Positions 55,223 to 64,000 are shown, counted from the stretch's first letter. The stretch: 64,000 nucleotides of DNA from Candidatus Heimdallarchaeota archaeon (GCA_016840095.1 JAEOSZ010000111.1:1-64000), one strand, 5' to 3'. Notes: a model not told the origin generated them from the sequence alone. Translations and numbers: made by a program.

Positions 55223-56533
55223 TCATGTAGTCATATAAACTTTACATTGTTGAGCTAATTTCATAGTCGATGTGGGTATCATTCCTGGTGGGTCCACACA
55301 CACCCTACGTGGGTACATCACATACCCTCCTACCCCATCAGCACTTCTGGTGGGAAGTGCATTAGGATCGCTTTTAATTAGAATATTGTACGCAGCATTA
55401 ACATCAGCATTGATCTTGTAACCTAGAGCAGAAGTGAATATCCCTCGAGGATGACGTTTTCCAGTATATGTAGCACGTTTCTGAGGGAATTCATTATCCA
55501 GAAAACTGCATTTGGAAGTGTAGTCTTCCAGCACAGTATCTACAAGTATTCCTCGTTCTTCCGCTTTGTACTTCAATTGGTGGATAATCTTCAGGAAGGG
55601 GATGTTAACGAACAGCTGGGTGGTCTTCTTTCCTAAATTAACCTGCTGTTTCCACTTAGAATTATACCCTACAATCACTTCTTGAAGCTCTCGTTCAACA
55701 AATAACTCGACAAGATAGCTCGTTAGATGGTGGAGAGCATTCTTGAGCATCATCCTATATTTTTCTCGTAAATGGTAATAAGCTTGTCCATAAACTAGTT
55801 TTTGCTGGTTTTTTAATTGTTTCTTCTGCTGCTGTACGTACCGTGCTCGTAATTCTTTCTGCCTTTTCTGATAATATTGTATAATACTTTTGATTCCTTT
55901 TCCGTGGTCCTTGACAACAATCGGTTGAAATCCGAGGTTATCCACGAAGGTCACGAGGTTGTTAGTCCCTAAATCGATTGCTCCCTTCCTAGTTCTCTTT
56001 TGTATCTTTTTTGGTAGGATTTTCTCATACACCACTTCTAGAGTATACCCCACTGTTCTAGGAACTACTCTCACTTCTTTCAATCTACACCTAGCTGTTA
56101 AGCGTGTTTTATAGTAAAATCCTACTTTCTTAGGTAAGATTAACCATCCATTTCTTAATCTAGTCTGTTGGTTGGTTACAATCGCCACTCCTTCTCCATC
56201 CTTAGATTTGTATCTTGGAGTTTTTGGTATAGCTAGGAACTTCTCAGGATGGTTTTTCCACTCTTTCAATGCATGAAAATACGCTTTCCAATTTCTCACT
56301 AGCAGTTTAAGGGTGTGTTGTGCTGTGTGAGCTGGGAGAACTGAGTAAAATTCTTCTGATTTGAGTAACTTGTTGAGTTCGTAGTAATTTAGAAAATTAT
56401 TGCTTTTGGTGAGAGCTTGTTTTATCAGATAATTTGCTCGATTATAGAGATTCTTCACTTGATGACACAGTCTACTTAAAACTAGTTTATAGGATAGTTC
56501 TATGCTTTCTATTCTCCATACTACTGTCATCAT
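55223..56533 (-). CDS. tnpB: TnpB RNA-guided endonuclease (IS200/IS605-IS1341 type)
   Basis: KNLYNRANY, RuvC-I AIDLG.NNL, IVGY...WKQ, LKYKA, LEDYTSKCSFLD, RuvC-III NADVNAAYNI. Confidence 0.92.
   Translation of the reverse strand: MMTVVWRIESIELSYKLVLSRLCHQVKNLYNRANYLIKQALTKSNNFLNYYELNKLLKSEEFYSVLPAHTAQHTLKLLVRNWKAYFHALKEWKNHPEKFLAIPKTPRYKSKDGEGVAIVTNQQTRLRNGWLILPKKVGFYYKTRLTARCRLKEVRVVPRTVGYTLEVVYEKILPKKIQKRTRKGAIDLGTNNLVTFVDNLGFQPIVVKDHGKGIKSIIQYYQKRQKELRARYVQQQKKQLKNQQKLVYGQAYYHLREKYRMMLKNALHHLTSYLVELFVERELQEVIVGYNSKWKQQVNLGKKTTQLFVNIPFLKIIHQLKYKAEERGILVDTVLEDYTSKCSFLDNEFPQKRATYTGKRHPRGIFTSALGYKINADVNAAYNILIKSDPNALPTRSADGVGGYVMYPRRVCVDPPGMIPTSTMKLAQQCKVYMTT
55269..55360 (-). ncRNA. Candidate omega-RNA scaffold overlapping the tnpB 3' end
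   Basis: Hairpins GCACTTC/GAAGTGC (55341-55360) and GGGTAT/GTACCC (55311-55327); enclosing stem GATGGGGTA with TACCCACATC. Confidence 0.5.
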
Positions 56534-56692
56534 TTTTTTTACTTTATTTTTCTATAAAAGCTCCCGTAATATTTAATCTTCACCCTTCATTTAAGTTGAT
56601 TTATTATCACTTTAACATGACTATATGACAAAAATTGTTCATAAAATCTACTTAAGAGAATAATATAAAAATTTTAGGGGAAAGCGAATAGA

Positions 56693-57577
56693 CTATTCTA
56701 ATCTCATAGTTCTTCTAATAGATGTCATTGTTTCAGTTGCCATCAATCTGTTGTTTGAATCCTCATCATTACGTGCAATTTCTCCAAGAATATCTAGAGC
56801 ATTAGGATCTTTGAGCGCTCCAATATTGCTTATTGCTTCAAATCTTACTCTAGAGTGTTCATCATCAAGTGCTCTTAAATTAACATCAAGTATACGTGAA
56901 TCTTCTATCTCTCCAATATCTATTAATTTCCTGATTTCTTGGAGAACTTGTAATCTAATTCCCCAATCATGGTCATCGTAAGCTTTTACTAAATGGGGTA
57001 CTGGATTCCCTTCTACACGATATGTTAGGAATTCAACCGCTACTTCTTTTACTAGCTTATTGGAATCTAAAATGAAGTTTGCAACCAGAGAAGCTGGAAC
57101 TTTGATAGGAAATCTCAGAATAGTTGATTTTGCTTCGTCTCTGACAGATTCAGTGTCATCTCTTAATCTTTCAAATAATGGTTCAATCATTGCAATGTCA
57201 TCAAAGTTCTTCAATGCTTTAGCAGCAGAATATCTAACTTGTGGATGCACATCTACCAAAGAATGTATGATGAATGAAAACGTATCTGGATTTTTATGTT
57301 TTCCAAATGAATCAATAGTTGCTTTTCTAACTCCCCAATGATCATCTTCAAGAGCTTGACTTAAAGCAATCAACACTTGGCTATCTGCAATGTCTCCTAG
57401 AATTTCTGCAGCATAGATTCTTACATCTGGGTCTGAATCTTTTAAGGATTGGATTATTTTTTGTTTTGCTAAATCTTCATTTCCAAATGGGGCTAATTGT
57501 TCTAGAGCAAGTTGTCTAAGGGCTGGATTGGGATTTTCAAGTAATTTAATAATTTTCATTATCTCTTCATTTGACAT
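56693..57577 (-). CDS. HEAT/PBS-lyase repeat protein
   Basis: Repeated L.D.D..VR..AA..LG units. Confidence 0.88.
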   Translation of the reverse strand: MSNEEIMKIIKLLENPNPALRQLALEQLAPFGNEDLAKQKIIQSLKDSDPDVRIYAAEILGDIADSQVLIALSQALEDDHWGVRKATIDSFGKHKNPDTFSFIIHSLVDVHPQVRYSAAKALKNFDDIAMIEPLFERLRDDTESVRDEAKSTILRFPIKVPASLVANFILDSNKLVKEVAVEFLTYRVEGNPVPHLVKAYDDHDWGIRLQVLQEIRKLIDIGEIEDSRILDVNLRALDDEHSRVRFEAISNIGALKDPNALDILGEIARNDEDSNNRLMATETMTSIRRTMRLE

Positions 57578-57723
57578 CCTAACACTTCAAGTAAACATGT
57601 TATTTGAAAACAAAAAACTTTGGTTCTAGGCTTATGATTTCTTAGCATGAGTCAATTTACAAACTCTTAAATAAAATCAATAGTACAATAGTATCGTTCA
57701 CAGCAACCATTGCTTCAGAAGGA

Positions 57724-59115
57724 TTGGGTACTTTGCTTACACTGAGACAAAAAATTTACTACTCCATTTGTAGAACTGGATCAACAATACTTCTGAATGT
57801 AGTTTTTGTTGCAACTTTCTGGATGTATACAAACCAAGTAAATCTAGATCCTATGTTAAATGGAATTGGAAATGCTGTAGGAAAAGTCGTTATAGGGGTT
57901 TCTTCTGTAATATTTGGTTTATTATCAGATAAAATACCTTCATCAGCAAAAATTGGAAGAAGAAAGTTCTTCATTTGGACTGGAGCTCCTGTTTTAGCTT
58001 TCTCATTCGTTATGCTTTTTATTCCCCAATTCATCATTCCTTCAGGCGGTCAGACTGCAAAATTTGCTTGGTTATTAATTTGGAATTCTATGTTTCATTT
58101 ATTTTATGGATATCTGCTAATTCCCTATCAATCGTGGATGCCTGAAATTACCTCTGATGATGAGAGAGTTCAAGTATCAGGATTGATGAATACTGTTAAT
58201 CTAGTTGGGGCAGCTATTGGTTCAGGTTTCGTTTTACTGATGTCTGGCTTTATAAACAAAGATCCACAAGGAATTTACGGAGTATCTGGCAAATATTTGT
58301 TTATTTTCGCCCTTGCTTTTGGTATTGTAGAATTCCTGTTCTTCTTACCCGCACTACTGAAAATTAAAGAAAGAGATGTTCCTGAGAAAGAAAATAAAGC
58401 TTGGGAGGAAATCAAAGTTGCACTACGAAACAAGAATTACATGATTTATGTAGGAGGATTTACAATCCTAAATGTAGGAGTTACGATTCTTTCAGCATTA
58501 ATTCTTGATTTTCTTGAACAAGTACTAGGTGTTATTGATGCACTACAGAAAGGGATATTCTCTGGTGTTATGCTTGTTACTGTCGTAGCTAGTTTCTTCT
58601 TCTGGGGAAGTTTCTCTAAAAAATTTGGTAAAAAATGGTCTTTAATAGTATCTTTCAGTCTTTTATTAGTCTGGATGCCATTGACTCCAATTATTGGTCG
58701 AATTCCTCTCATACCGAAAATTGTCCAAGGTTATGTGTTTAGTATTCTTGCAGTTTTTGCAGTTTCTGCTGTATATCTTTTTCCATATGCAATTATGGCT
58801 GATTTTGCTGATGAGGATGAGAGAAGAACTTCACAGAATCGTTCTGGTCTTTATACAGGATTCAAAAGCTTACCTTTCAATATTGCACAAGCTTTAGGGT
58901 TTATTTTAGCTGGTTTTATGCGTGATTGGGAAAAAGTAGTTGGAAGCGAAACAGTAAACCTTGGTCTTATGTGGCTTGGACCAATCTGTACAATTTTCTT
59001 GATAATTGCTTTTCCGATTATATGGAAGGCGGATCTTGATCCATTTATGCAAGATGCTAAAGTTAAGAATACTTCAATATTCAAACAAATATTTTCAAGA
59101 AAAAATCGAACTTAG
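57724..59115 (+). CDS. MFS transporter, glycoside-pentoside-hexuronide (MelB-like) family
   Basis: G.LSD...GRRK.FI, IPYQSW.PEIT.D.ER, MADFADEDE....RSGLY.G. Confidence 0.85.
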   Translation: MGTLLTLRQKIYYSICRTGSTILLNVVFVATFWMYTNQVNLDPMLNGIGNAVGKVVIGVSSVIFGLLSDKIPSSAKIGRRKFFIWTGAPVLAFSFVMLFIPQFIIPSGGQTAKFAWLLIWNSMFHLFYGYLLIPYQSWMPEITSDDERVQVSGLMNTVNLVGAAIGSGFVLLMSGFINKDPQGIYGVSGKYLFIFALAFGIVEFLFFLPALLKIKERDVPEKENKAWEEIKVALRNKNYMIYVGGFTILNVGVTILSALILDFLEQVLGVIDALQKGIFSGVMLVTVVASFFFWGSFSKKFGKKWSLIVSFSLLLVWMPLTPIIGRIPLIPKIVQGYVFSILAVFAVSAVYLFPYAIMADFADEDERRTSQNRSGLYTGFKSLPFNIAQALGFILAGFMRDWEKVVGSETVNLGLMWLGPICTIFLIIAFPIIWKADLDPFMQDAKVKNTSIFKQIFSRKNRT

Positions 59116-59150
59116 ATTATTTTTATTTACTTCTCTCTTGTTGTTTATAC

Positions 59151-59546
59151 ATGAAAAAAATTCTCTTCATTTGTGTTCATAATTCGTGCAGAAGTCAGAT
59201 TGCTGAAGGCTTTGGAAAAGAACTCGGAAAGGGCATTATAGAAGTTCGTTCTGGAGGAACAGAAAAAGGGCATCAAGTCGACCCTCTAGCCATTGAGGTT
59301 ATGAAAGAGAGAGGAATAGACTTATCTGAACAAGAATCTAAAGAAGTTGATTTTTGGGATTGGGCAGATAGATTAATTGTGATGGGATGTGATGCCGAGG
59401 AATCATGTCCGGCTCTTTATGTTCCAAAACTAGAGAATTGGGACCTTGATAATCCAAAAGGAAAACCAATAGATGAATACAGAAGAGTTAGAGATTTAAT
59501 AGAAGAAAAAGTTAGAGCGTTAATAAAAGAAGAAAGAAAAGGTTAG
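59151..59546 (+). CDS. arsC: Arsenate reductase / LMW-PTP family
   Basis: CVHNSCRSQIAE P-loop, MGC....CP, W.L.NP.G..R.VRD.I. Confidence 0.9.
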   Translation: MKKILFICVHNSCRSQIAEGFGKELGKGIIEVRSGGTEKGHQVDPLAIEVMKERGIDLSEQESKEVDFWDWADRLIVMGCDAEESCPALYVPKLENWDLDNPKGKPIDEYRRVRDLIEEKVRALIKEERKG

Positions 59547-59665
59547 TAGTTAAATACACCATTTTTTGCAGCTAAAGTTAGTTGATTTACTCTTGTATAA
59601 TCGTTTTCTAACCTTTGAACTAATTTTTGATTTTTTGTTTTGCCAGTTTTGTTTTTCATTGCCAT
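59543..59665 (-). CDS. Unlisted 40-aa basic small protein MAMKNKTGKTKNQKLVQRLENDYTRVNQLTLAAKNGVFNY
   Basis: Open frame ATG 59665 to TAA 59543; AGGTG RBS about 8 nt upstream; TTTAATAAA box about 59698-59706. Confidence 0.5.
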   Translation of the reverse strand: MAMKNKTGKTKNQKLVQRLENDYTRVNQLTLAAKNGVFNY

Positions 59666-59890
59666 TTTTTTTGCACCTATCATAACGTAAACACCCCTTT
59701 ATTAAAGGATTTTTTTAATTAATTCGATTAATGGTTAAACTATTTGGTCGAATTACACAACTGGAATCGACTATAATAGAGCCTAGAAATTAAAGAATTT
59801 AAGAGATAGGTACATTGGTTTAACTCATTGGTTAAAGCTCAAAAAATTGACAGCACACAAAGTTTAAGACATAAATAATGTATTCATTGT

Positions 59891-60742
59891 ATGAAAGAAA
59901 TTACTTTAATTTCTTGGAATGTGAATGGTATTAGGGCTGTTTCTAAAAAAGAAATTTCAGAAGGATCCAAATATAATCCTATTCTACAGAAAGAAGAAGT
60001 CGTTAAGCTTAGATTCACTGATTGGCTTCATCTTGTTTCTCCAGATGCTTTATGTCTCCAAGAAACTAAAGCTCATCCTAAACAGCTTTCGAGTGACTTG
60101 ATAAATCCTCCTGGTTATATGAGTAATTTCTCTTCTGCAGAGAGAAAGGGATATAGTGGAGTAGTTACTTATTCAAAAACAAAACCTACTAGAGTGAGTA
60201 CTGATTTAGCAGATGATAGGATGAATAAAGAGGGAAGAGTAATTGAAACTGAATTTCCAGAATTTGTGTTGTTAAATGTTTATTTCCCTAATGGAAAGCT
60301 TAGTGCTGAAAGACTCAAATATAAACTGGATTTCTATGAAATATTTCTTGAACATGTAGTTAACATAAGGAAACAAGGAAAATCTGTTATTATATGTGGA
60401 GACGTCAATACAGCACATACAGAAATTGATCTAACGCACCCTAAGTCAAATGAAACCATATCTGGTTTTCTTCCTGAAGAACGAAAGTGGATTGATAAAC
60501 TGATTAGCAATGGTTTTGTTGATACTTTTAGACATTTCAACAAAGACCCAGAACACTATAGCTGGTGGTCAGCTAGGGCTATAGTTAAAGGTGTAACAGC
60601 AAGAGAAAGAAATGTTGGCTGGAGAATTGACTATTTCTTTGTATCTGAAGATTTGATTGATAACTTAGTCGAATCAGTAATGATGAATAAAGTAATGGGC
60701 TCTGATCACTGTCCTGTCAAAATAAAATTGAAATTTGACTGA
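59891..60742 (+). CDS. xth: Exodeoxyribonuclease III / AP endonuclease
   Basis: SWNVNGIRA, LCLQETK, GYSGV, EGR, NVYFPNG, GDVNTAH, GWRIDY, GSDHCPV. Confidence 0.95.
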   Translation: MKEITLISWNVNGIRAVSKKEISEGSKYNPILQKEEVVKLRFTDWLHLVSPDALCLQETKAHPKQLSSDLINPPGYMSNFSSAERKGYSGVVTYSKTKPTRVSTDLADDRMNKEGRVIETEFPEFVLLNVYFPNGKLSAERLKYKLDFYEIFLEHVVNIRKQGKSVIICGDVNTAHTEIDLTHPKSNETISGFLPEERKWIDKLISNGFVDTFRHFNKDPEHYSWWSARAIVKGVTARERNVGWRIDYFFVSEDLIDNLVESVMMNKVMGSDHCPVKIKLKFD

Positions 60743-60789
60743 CTGAATTAAGATATCTATAATAATAAGGCTACGATGTGTGAACTAAT

Positions 60790-61578
60790 ATGCTTCAGAT
60801 TGTTAGATTAGAGGATCTAGAAATTGAGAAATTCTGGGATTATGTTCTTAGTGACATCCCATTGTATTTTTTCTTCATTCTAGATTTGAAACAGTATCCT
60901 GAAAAAAGCAAATTCGTAGTAGCAGTTGAAAGTGATAAAATTGTTGGTTTATGTCTTATATGGATAAATAAAATTGTACATGTACGTGGTCAAAATGAGG
61001 AAATTGTGAAAGCTTTATTCCATGCAATTCCTAAAGATGTTCAAATTGATCAGGTTAATTTTGAAATAAGGTATCAGAAGTTGTTATCTTCTTTAATCCC
61101 AAAACCAAAAACAAAGCTGTTTCTTCATAGAATGGTGCTTCGAAAAGATAAAATGATTCCTAGATTTCAATTAGATAAACCTTTTACACAAAGAAAATTA
61201 ACTGAAAAAGACGCTTCAGTGATTGCGAAACTTATGGCAAAAGCTTCTCCTGAATATTGGAGTAAAATAACTGCCAAGCATCTAACTTTTGATGAAAATC
61301 AGAACTATACTGGTTTATTTGATGGTAAAAAGCTAGTTTCTTTCACTTTATCCTGGATAGATGAAACAGCTGCAATTATTGCGAATGCAGCTACACACCC
61401 TAAATATCAGAATCTAGGGCTTGCAACTTATCTAGTTAATGAGAGTGTTCATAACATGATGAATCATACAGAAATAGCGATTATTCATGTGCTTACAGAT
61501 AATGAACCAGCGATAAAAGTATACTCCAAAGTGGGGTACGAAATATATGCTTCATTTGTAATGGTTGGATTAGAATAA
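60790..61578 (+). CDS. GNAT-family acetyltransferase (FR47-like)
   Basis: ATHPKYQNLGLA, V..DNEPAIKVYSKVGY. Confidence 0.85.
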   Translation: MLQIVRLEDLEIEKFWDYVLSDIPLYFFFILDLKQYPEKSKFVVAVESDKIVGLCLIWINKIVHVRGQNEEIVKALFHAIPKDVQIDQVNFEIRYQKLLSSLIPKPKTKLFLHRMVLRKDKMIPRFQLDKPFTQRKLTEKDASVIAKLMAKASPEYWSKITAKHLTFDENQNYTGLFDGKKLVSFTLSWIDETAAIIANAATHPKYQNLGLATYLVNESVHNMMNHTEIAIIHVLTDNEPAIKVYSKVGYEIYASFVMVGLE

Positions 61579-61579
61579 C

Positions 61580-62848
61580 TCATAATTTAGATTTCTTCAT
61601 TGCTTTAACAATTAGGAAATCAGGAAATATATCATCATCCTTGTAAGCCTCTCTAGGAAATTTCTTGACAAGTTCTTCTGAAGCTTTTGGTTCACAAACC
61701 TCCATAATAACTAAATTGTTTTTTATCAGTTCATTAAGATAGGAACTTATGGTTCTAGGGAAGTAAAGACCTGGATTATCCCAATAGTGAACTAGAGTTG
61801 GTCTTTCATCAAAATAATCCACTACTACTCTTAGTTTATCCTCGTTTCTTTGGCTATCTCCGGGAACACGAAATGAAGTACAAGTGGGCCATGCAAAAGC
61901 TGGGTGTGTAATGCTAAAAACAAAGATTCCATCCTCTTTCAAAATATGAGCAATTTGTTCAATAGTTGTTTCGTAATTCTCAATATCCATTAATGCCATA
62001 TTGCAAACAACTTTGTCGAATGATTCTTTTGCAAATCTCTCTGTTAGTTTTTCAGCATTTAATTTCAAGTATTGAATTCCTAGTTTTTCTTCATTTTCTC
62101 GTTCTATTGCAAAATCAAGAAGCTTTGAGAAATCAATACCTGTTACTTGTCCTCCTTGTTTTGTTAGGGCTCTTGCAACATTTCCCTCACCGCAGGCAAC
62201 ATCTAAGATTGTCTCATTTTCATGAATGTCTAGTAAGCGAAATACTTCTGGTAGAATCTTATATTTGTGATGATAATCTCCACCATCTCTAAAAAGAGGC
62301 TCCCACACTGGTGCATTAGCATCCCATGTTTTCTTTGGACTGTATTCTCCAAGTGCATCAAGTCTTGTAAACCTTACGCGCCTACCTAATGCAAGAATTC
62401 TCTCCACCCCCCATGCTTTATGAGGAAATTCTTGGGATTTTAGTTGATTCTTATAAATTGGCATCCAAATTACTATCTCTTCATCAGGTTGAAGATCCCC
62501 AATTTGATATGGATGAGTTCCATTATACTCAGCATAATCTAATGCTGGGTTGAAGTTTCCACATTCCTGGCACGGGATCGAATAGTAATAATCATAAGTT
62601 AAAAATCTCTCTTGATGCATTTGTTCATTTGCACAGGACAAACATGTGAACTTCTTACAAGTTGGACACCAGGATATTCCATTAAAATGAATATCTTTTC
62701 CACATTTACTGCATTCATATTCCCAATGAAGAAAGCATCTAGGTGTAAAGGAATCAACATCCTTTGTAGCAAAATTAACTGGGTAATCTTGAGCTATCTT
62801 ACTATATTCAGAACAATAAAAACAGGGAGTATATTCTGAAGAGGACAT
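61580..62848 (-). CDS. Multi-zinc-finger N-terminal domain fused to class I SAM methyltransferase
   Basis: Five CxxC plus a CxxH; ILDVACGEG, FDKVVCNMALMDI, FVFSITHP; ATG 62848 preferred. Confidence 0.8.
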   Translation of the reverse strand: MSSSEYTPCFYCSEYSKIAQDYPVNFATKDVDSFTPRCFLHWEYECSKCGKDIHFNGISWCPTCKKFTCLSCANEQMHQERFLTYDYYYSIPCQECGNFNPALDYAEYNGTHPYQIGDLQPDEEIVIWMPIYKNQLKSQEFPHKAWGVERILALGRRVRFTRLDALGEYSPKKTWDANAPVWEPLFRDGGDYHHKYKILPEVFRLLDIHENETILDVACGEGNVARALTKQGGQVTGIDFSKLLDFAIERENEEKLGIQYLKLNAEKLTERFAKESFDKVVCNMALMDIENYETTIEQIAHILKEDGIFVFSITHPAFAWPTCTSFRVPGDSQRNEDKLRVVVDYFDERPTLVHYWDNPGLYFPRTISSYLNELIKNNLVIMEVCEPKASEELVKKFPREAYKDDDIFPDFLIVKAMKKSKL

Positions 62849-62944
62849 AAAAAGAAGAAAGAATAGAAGTATAAAAAATACTCTATCACTTAAGTTTTTT
62901 AGATAACACCCACACTCCATATTAAATTAAAAAAGAAAAAGAGA

Positions 62945-63871
62945 TTAGGAAATTAATCCCATAATAAATGGAAACAGCAGTCCTAGTGCAGCTAATATTA
63001 GAGCAACAAATAAGAAAGGCATTGCAATTTTGTTTCTCTTTGTTTTAATCATTGATTTATCTTTGAATATTTCTGCTTTAATTTCAGAAAATTCTTTTTC
63101 CCTTTCTTTATCATTCAATTGTGTTGCCATAGCTGATGCAAGAATTGTTGTAACTGTAATTAACGATACTCCGTAACCAAACACACTACCCTTACTTTCT
63201 AACTCAGAAATAACGATTTTTGAATTTGAAATTTCTTCTTGCAGTGCATATAGCGGTTGGTCCAAAAATTCTCTGAAGTTATATGATTGCCAAAAGTAGT
63301 ATTCAGTAGGAATAATACCGTAAGCAATTATTTCATCACTAAATGACCAATTTGCAAGTATAACGCTTGCTGGTACTAAGTATAAGAAGCTTTTACTAGC
63401 ATTAAAAGTGTCATAGTCTTCTTTTGAAAAAACTAATTCATAACCATCTTTATCCTCTGTTGCAAAATAATAATCAGAAGTATTGCTGTCAGTGTACCAA
63501 AAGTCGTACATTTTTACAATATTAGTTAAAGATACAAAATAGTTGAAATTTTCCAATGCTAATCTAATTTGATTCATTAGTAAATCTCTTTCTTCAACTG
63601 AAAGCGTATCATTAGTTATTTCTAATTCAAGAGCTATTGATTTTGCTAATAAGAATTCATCAGATGCTTTCCTAGCAGATATGCGATCATCTTCTACTAT
63701 CTCCCTAATTCTTAGATCTATCCTTTCTAAATCGAACTCTTGTTCTGAGACTTCTAATTTCAATGTTTCAGCTTCTGAAAGTACACCCTCTTGTAGAAAT
63801 CCAGCAGCAAAAGCTAGACCAGAAATTAAGATAATTATTACTGAAGCGATTGTTCCCTTTGATATTTTCAT
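62945..63871 (-). CDS. Membrane protein with coiled-coil extracellular loop, hypothetical
   Basis: N-terminal TM, helical loop, two C-terminal TMs; AGGAG RBS. Confidence 0.7.
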   Translation of the reverse strand: MKISKGTIASVIIILISGLAFAAGFLQEGVLSEAETLKLEVSEQEFDLERIDLRIREIVEDDRISARKASDEFLLAKSIALELEITNDTLSVEERDLLMNQIRLALENFNYFVSLTNIVKMYDFWYTDSNTSDYYFATEDKDGYELVFSKEDYDTFNASKSFLYLVPASVILANWSFSDEIIAYGIIPTEYYFWQSYNFREFLDQPLYALQEEISNSKIVISELESKGSVFGYGVSLITVTTILASAMATQLNDKEREKEFSEIKAEIFKDKSMIKTKRNKIAMPFLFVALILAALGLLFPFIMGLIS

Positions 63872-64000
63872 TTTACATTTCTCCTTAATATAATCATGAG
63901 TAACGACATACTCTTTTATGTAGTTATTGGGGGTTACATATATCTTTTTTGGAAAAAACTAAAAAACAGAGAAAGCGATTTTCATTATTTTGCAAAGGAG

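Larger units (their letters stand above)
55217..56634 (-). mobile_element. Non-autonomous TnpB-only element bracketed by 18-bp imperfect inverted repeats
   Basis: TTTTTGTCATGTAGTCAT (55217-55234) and ATGACTATATGACAAAAA (56617-56634), 17/18 complementary; visibly more G/C-rich than flanks; no transposase. Confidence 0.6.

Noticed and set aside
55205-56645. Target-site duplication or tnpA for the TnpB element
   Set aside because: Flanks (…gatgag / ttgttc…) are not direct repeats at either boundary tested, and no Y1, serine or DDE transposase ORF lies nearby.
62849-62920. N-terminal extension MECGCYLKNLSDRVFFILLFFLLF as a signal peptide of the zinc-finger MTase
   Set aside because: The hydrophobic stretch derives from T-rich intergenic-like sequence, and a secreted SAM enzyme is unlikely; ATG 62848 preferred.
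649-63893. Numerous short antisense or off-frame ORFs in the track (e.g. 649-864, 3259-4023, 16097-16456, 19128-19559, 27856-28329, 45784-45984, 56751-57341)
   Set aside because: They overlap well-supported genes on the opposite strand or frame, lack motifs, and have the S/I/F-rich composition typical of shadow ORFs.

Overview
AT-rich, gene-dense archaeal chromosomal window. Archaeal evidence: a tRNA-Tyr with a C1:G72 pair and a BHB-type intron, TATA/BRE-like promoters, ADP-forming acyl-CoA synthetase subunits, and PAC2, PDO and SAMP/MoaD-type genes. The many HEAT/TPR, FG-GAP/Ca-binding and single-pass surface proteins suggest an Asgard (Heimdallarchaeia-like) genome, which is an inference. 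Housekeeping and peptide-fermentation genes dominate (speB, hutU, purB, ACD alpha/beta, POR gamma-delta, tungsten AOR, SOR, xth, arsC). Two loci stand out. (1) 39513-43230: a translationally coupled three-gene operon. A DUF2207-like membrane protein ending in a predicted cytoplasmic GGG-(CA)6-GGGR tail is followed by an RRE(PqqD)-radical SAM-SPASM enzyme and a SAM methyltransferase. This looks like a RiPP-type maturation system acting on a membrane-tethered Cys-Ala core. (2) 55217-56634: a transposase-less TnpB with a rearranged, Fanzor-like RuvC-II site and a structured 3' omega-RNA-like region, bracketed by 17/18-bp inverted repeats. Also notable: a 7-gene MoxR/DUF58 membrane-protein operon with two upstream putative regulators, a CdvA-like gene paired with a degenerate metallo-beta-lactamase-fold gene, a ubiquitin-like protein with a masked GG-N C-terminus behind twin zinc-finger microproteins, two 8-repeat propeller/Ca-repeat surface proteins, and an unlisted 40-aa ORF. 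All family calls come from motif recognition by eye; no database searches were run.
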